Of a stretch of 64,000 nucleotides of DNA, positions 58,425 to 64,000 are shown piece by piece. Below the pieces are notes generated by a model, which was not told the DNA's origin, did not search any database, and was given only the letters and a program-made list of their open reading frames with translations. Positions within the stretch are counted from its first letter, which is position 1. Each line of letters begins with the position of its first letter. Source of the stretch: Neovahlkampfia damariscottae (Eukaryota); NCBI GenBank assembly GCA_016618085.1, contig JABLTG010000034.1, positions 1 to 64,000 of the forward strand, read 5' to 3'. The position numbers and the translations under genes are program-made.

Positions 58425-61400
58425 ATGTCTGACAAACGTAGACAAAGAAGAAAAAGATCCGACGAAAGTCAAGATTCATGGTTAGACGGTTTAGTTGTTG
58501 GCGAAACAGATTTAACTGCACCAGGAAATAAAATGTGGGTTTCTGAAGACAACATTTTCAGAAAAGCTGAAATCTTGGAAAAAAAATCTGACAACACTTT
58601 AACTGTAAGATTTGAAGATGACAACGACGTAAATAATTATTTAAAAAAATTTTAACATTTTTTTTTTGACAGGAAAGAACAGTCAGTCTTAAAGAAGTTC
58701 AACCAATGAATCCTGAAAAAATGGAAAAGACAGAAGATATGGCGCGTCTTACACATTTAAATGAACCTAGTGTTTATTATAATTTAGCGCAAAGATACAG
58801 GGACGAAACTATTTACACATACTCTGGTTTATTTTTAGTTGCTATCAATCCATATAAGGATACAGGAATTTATACTCAAGCTTATGTAGATAAATACAAA
58901 GGAAAAAATAGAGATGAAGTTCCTCCTCATGTTTTTAGTCTTGCTGATACTGCTTACAGAAATATGACACAAAACAAACAAAATCAATCCATGTTAGTTA
59001 CAGGAGAATCTGGTGCTGGTAAAACAGAAAACACAAAAAAGATTATTCAATATTTAACACAAGTTGCTGGTTCAAGTCAAGGTGGTGGTGAATTAGAACA
59101 ACAAATTATTAGAACAAATCCATTATTAGAAGCTTTTGGTAATGCTAAAACTATCAAAAACAACAATTCTTCAAGATTTGGTAAATTTATCGAAATTGGT
59201 TTCAATGGTTCTGGATATATTGTTGGTACAAAAATTACAAATTATTTGTTAGAAACAACAAGGGTTATTCATCAAAATGAAAATGAAAGAAATTTCCATG
59301 TTTTCTATCAAATCTTTACAGATTCAGAAATGTGTGCAAAATTCCATTTAGGAAAACCAGAAGATTATAATTATATTAATCAAACTGGAATCTACACAGT
59401 TGATGGAATTGATGATGCAAGAGAATGGAAAGATGCAATTAAATCAATGACAATTATTGGTATCAATGAAAAAGAACAAGATTTCGTTTTTGCAACTATT
59501 GCTGCTATTCTTCATTTAGGTAATGTTAACTTCACTGCTACAAAAGAAGGAAATGCTGAAATTGTTGATAAACAACCAATGAAAGAAGCATGTAAACTTT
59601 TAGGAGTTCAAGGAGGTATTTTAGAAAAAGCACTTGCACATCCAAAAATTTCAGTTAACAGAGAAGTTATTGAAACTCATGAAACACCACAAAGAGCGAA
59701 TTTCAACAAAGATGCTTTAGTTAAATCTATTTATAGAAGACTTTTTAATTGGTTAGTTCAAAGAATCAATCAAAGTCTCGCAGCTAAAGAATCAGTTAAA
59801 AATACAATTGGATTATTAGATATTGCTGGTTTTGAAATCTTTCAATTGAATTCATTTGAACAATTATGTATCAATTTTACAAATGAAAAATTACAACAAT
59901 TTTTCAACAATCACATGTTCAAAAAAGAACAAGAAGAATATTTAAGAGAAAAGATTGAATGGAAATTCATTGATTTTGGATTAGATTTACAACCAACAAT
60001 TGATTTAATTGAAAAACAAGGAGGTGTATTTGCTATTTTAGACGAACAAACAACTTTAGGAGGAACAAATGATAAAGTTGTTGTTGAAAGATTAAAAAAG
60101 AATTGGAAAGAACATGAAAAATTCACACTTGATAAATTTGATCAAATGAAATTTAATGTTGTTCATTATGCTGGTGAAGTAACATATGACACAGAACAAT
60201 GGTTACATAAAAATACAGATCCATTAACAGGTGATTCTGAAAAAGCAATGTCATCATCAAAAAGATCATTAGTTGCAAATTTATTCCCTGTAAAAGATAC
60301 AAAAAGAGGTGGTGCTAGATTTTTATCAGTCGCAAGAGAATATAAAGACCAATTAGAAAGTTTAATGCAAGTTTTAAGATCAACTGAACCACATTTTATT
60401 CGTTGTATTATTCCAAATCATAAAATGAAAGCTGGATATTTAGAACCTGAAATTGTATTAAATCAATTACGTTGTAATGGTGTATTAGAAGGTATTAGAA
60501 TTTCAAGAAAAGGTTATCCTGGAAGAGTTATTTTTAATGAATTTGTACAAAGATATAAAGTTATTGCAAATTCTGATGATTTAGATAAACAAATGACATT
60601 AGCTGGAAAAGCAAAAGTTATACTTGAAGCAACTGATTTAAAATTAAAAGATCATTATTTAATCGGTATGACAAAAGTATTCTTCAAAGCAGGTGCAGAA
60701 GCTTTAATTGAAAAGATTAGAGATAAAAAAGTTGCAGAAGTTATTTTATGTGGACAAGCAGCTATTAGAGGATATCTTGCAAGAAAAGAATATAAAAGAA
60801 TTCTATCACAAATTGATGCATGTAAACTTATTCAACAAAATTGGAGAATTTATTTAGAATTAAAGAATTGGTCATGGTGGAAAGTATTAAGTATTGGAAG
60901 AGCACTTGTTGATCCTGAACAATCTGATAAAGAATTAGATGAATTAAAAAAGAAAATTGAAGAATTAAAAGATCAAATTGATGAAGAAAATCGTGATAAA
61001 AAAAGAGTTCAAAAAGAAAAAGGAGATGTTCTTGTTGATATTGAAAGATTAAAAGCAGAAATATTATCAAATCAACAAAAAATTGATGATTTTAAAGATG
61101 ATATTACAAAATTAACAGATAGAGAAAGAGAATTATTAAATCAAATTGATGCACTTTCAAGAGAAAAGAAAATGTTAGATGATGAAGCAAGATCAAATAA
61201 TATGAAATTTCAAGAACAAGATACAATTTATCAAGAAAAAGAAAAAATGATTGATGATTTAACATCAGATTTAGGTTCAGGTGGTGAAGAAGCTTCAAAA
61301 TTAAAAGAATTATTACAAGAAGTTCAAAAAGAAAAATTAAAAATTGAAGCAACATCAAAACAATTAGATGAAGATATTAAAGATCAAAGAAATAAATTAG

Positions 61401-64000
61401 ATGCTGAAATATTAAGATCACAAGAATTAGAAAGAACAAAATCAACTTTAGAAGATAAATTAAAAGAAGTTGCACATAAATTACAATCAAATGCAAAAGA
61501 AAAATCAAATTTAGAATCAAAATATGATGATTCATTAAAAACATTAAAAGAAACTGATACTGAATTAAAAACAGCACTTGATCAAATTAAAACATTAATG
61601 GGTGATGAATCAAAGAAATCAGGTGATATTTCTGTACTTCAAACTGATTTAGAAGATTTACAAAGAAAATTAGAAAATGCAGAAAGAGAAAAAAGAGGTC
61701 TTGAAACACAAAATAGAGAATTACAAGATAAACAATCTGATGCAGAAAATAAAAGAGCAGCAACTGATAAATTATATAGACATGCAAAAGAAGATTTAAC
61801 AGATTCAATTAAAAATCATGAAAAACTTGAAGATGAAAGACAACAATTTGATGAAAATTTAGTTCAAGTTAGAGAAGAAACTGGTGAAATTAGAACAAAA
61901 TTAATTGTTCTTGATGATGAAAATATTGCATTAAATAAAAAGAAACAAGATTTAGAAAGAGATATTTCAACTTTAAATTTTGATTTATCTGAATTAAAAA
62001 ATAGAAATGAAAGAACACTTGAAAATTTACAAAAAAAATTAAATGATCAAGAAAGAGATTTAAAAGATCAATTAGCACAAGAACATTCAAATAAAGATTC
62101 TGCTGAATCTGCATTTAAATCAACAAGAGATCAATGTAGTGATTTAAAAAGACAAATTGATCAATTAAGTGCAGAAAAAGATAATATTGATGCAAAATTT
62201 AAAAGATTAGAACAATCACTTGGTTCAGAACAAAATGAATTATTAGACGTTAAAAGAAATGTTACAGATTTACAAAATTCAATTAGATCAACATCAACAA
62301 AATTAAAAGAAATTGAAAGTAAACATTCAAATGAAATGGAAGATAAAATTAGAAATGAACAAAAAAAAAATCTTTTAAATTCACAATTTAATGAAAATAG
62401 AGATTATTTAGATTCAATTTTAAAAGAAAAAGAAGATTTAGAACAAGAAATTCAAAAATTAAGAAGTGAATATTCAAAATCAAAAGCAGAAATTGATGGA
62501 TTAAGAGATGAAACAAATCAATTAAAAACAAAATGTTCATTACAAGAAGGTGATATTAAATCAACAAAAGATAGAATTGAAGATAATTCAAAGAATTTAA
62601 ATGCATTAAAAGTTAAATCAAAAAATTTAGAATCAAAAGTTAATCAAGCAAATTTAGATAATGAATCTGGAAGAGGTGAAAAAAAAGTTTTAGAAGGTAA
62701 AATTCAAAAAGCAGAACAACAATTACAAAAATTAAAACAAAAATTAGATGAAGAAAGATCAAAAACAAGAAAAGAACAAGAAGAAAAAACAATTTCTGAA
62801 CAAGATTTACGTGAAAAAAGATTCGCATTAGAAACTATTCAAAAACAAATTGAAGATAAAAAAAGAAAATATAAAGATGCACAATCAAAAGTTAATGAAT
62901 TAGAAACAATAATTTCAGATGAAAATTCAAGTGCTTCAAAACTTAGAGCTCAAATTACTCAATTAGAATCACAAAGAGTTGATTTAACTGAAAGATTAGA
63001 AGAATTAAATAAGAATTTAGGTTCTTCACAAGGTGGTTCAAAATCAAATAAAGATAAAATTACAGATGCTGAAAGAACTATTTCAGATGAATCTAAAATG
63101 TCACAAAAATTAACTTTAGAAAATCAAAAATTAAAAGCTGAATTAGATAAATTAAAAATGTATGGTGAAGAAAATGATAAAAAATATCAAAGAACACAAG
63201 AATCATTAAAAATGAGAATGGACCAATTAGAACAAGATCATGATTTAATTATTAGAAGATTAACTGATGAAAAAGCTGATTTAAAAAGAAATTTAAAAAT
63301 GGCTCAAAAAAATGCAAAAGTTTCATCAACAACAGAATCTTCATTTGGAACAGTTCCAAAAGAAGCACTTGAAAAAGTTGAATCAGATTTTGAAAAAGAA
63401 TTACAAAAATTAAATACTGAAGTTGAAGAATTAAGAAAAAATAAATTACAAATTGAAGCATCAAAAAGAAGTTTTGAATTTCAATTAAATTCTTTAAGAG
63501 ATCAATTAGATAATGAAGAAAGACAAAGAAAAAAAGTTGAAGTTCAAAAGAAAACATTACAAATTGAATTAGAAGATTTAAGAGAACAAGCTGATGAAGC
63601 AGAAGAATTAAAAGAAGAATTAGAAGATGTGCGACATGAAGCTCAAATCTTTAAAAAAGAATTATATGCTGAAAAAGAAAAAGAAAAAATTGAAAGAGAT
63701 AAAGCAGAAGATGAAGTTGAAAGATTTACATCACAAGTTGATGAATTAAAAAAACAATTAGCTGATGAACAATCTCAATCTGCATCAGAAATTAGATCAA
63801 CAAGACAAAAATATGAAAAAGAAGTTTCTGATTATGAAGATTTAATTTCAAAATCAAGAAAAGATAAAAAATCAACTGAAAGAGGTACAAAAAAAGTTGA
63901 TAGATCAGCTAGAGAAATTGCAAGAAAATTAAATAATGCAGAAATTGATCTTCAACAAACTGAAGAAAAAGTAACAATGCTTACAAAAGATCATGCTAAA
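58425..64000 (+). CDS. Conventional myosin II heavy chain, 3'-truncated by the window edge
   Basis: N-terminal SH3-like region, EDMARLTHLNEPSV, GESGAGKTENTKK, NNNSSRFGKF, LDIAGFE, QLRCNGVLEGIRI, IQ motifs, long coiled-coil rod. Intron at 58629-58672. The main exon is missing from the ORF track because it has no stop in the window. Confidence 0.93.

Noticed and set aside
3242..64000. Alternative genetic code or organellar/prokaryotic origin to explain the fragmented ORFs
   Set aside because: The breaks in conserved genes are resolved by short GT-AG introns under the standard code, and TGA, TAA and TGG are used normally.
1..64000. tRNA or rRNA genes
   Set aside because: No GC-rich structured segment or cloverleaf was seen by eye; tRNAscan-SE or Infernal would be needed to exclude small RNAs.

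Overview
AT-rich, very compact eukaryotic (protist) genomic DNA. It has short GT-AG introns (about 26-45 nt), tiny intergenic spacers and CCAAT boxes before nearly every host gene. A heterolobosean amoeba is my best guess (conventional myosin II, EGF/REJ/GPS proteins, multi-domain class III cyclases), but this is inference only. The first ~3.1 kb differ from the rest: intronless, tightly packed ORFs with no intergenic CCAAT boxes. They encode the C-terminus of a probable penton (minor capsid) protein that the ORF track misses, a probable major capsid protein, an A32/FtsK-HerA packaging ATPase and three small ORFs. This looks like one part of an endogenous Polinton-like/virophage-like DNA virus that continues off the left edge. 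Next to it is an intron-bearing gene with a zinc-deaminase-like motif (HSE...SxPxxxCxxC), separated by one in-frame TGA from an acidic ORF. The remainder holds about 28 host genes: TMEM181-like, EGF-DOMON, ankyrin proteins, DUF1349, SLC35-like, polycystin-like, Pin1, cullin, ACMSD, acyl-CoA synthetase, DUF971, GH38, ADP-ribosylglycohydrolase, RRF, nucleolin-like, a CH-domain triple adenylate cyclase, a GT5, a P5A ATPase, CAPZB, Aladin, ETFB, a PX protein, eS30, G-alpha, an SMS-like enzyme and myosin II. ACMSD appears to need a single-nucleotide exon. All family calls come from motifs recognised by eye; no database searches were run, and exon boundaries are manual.
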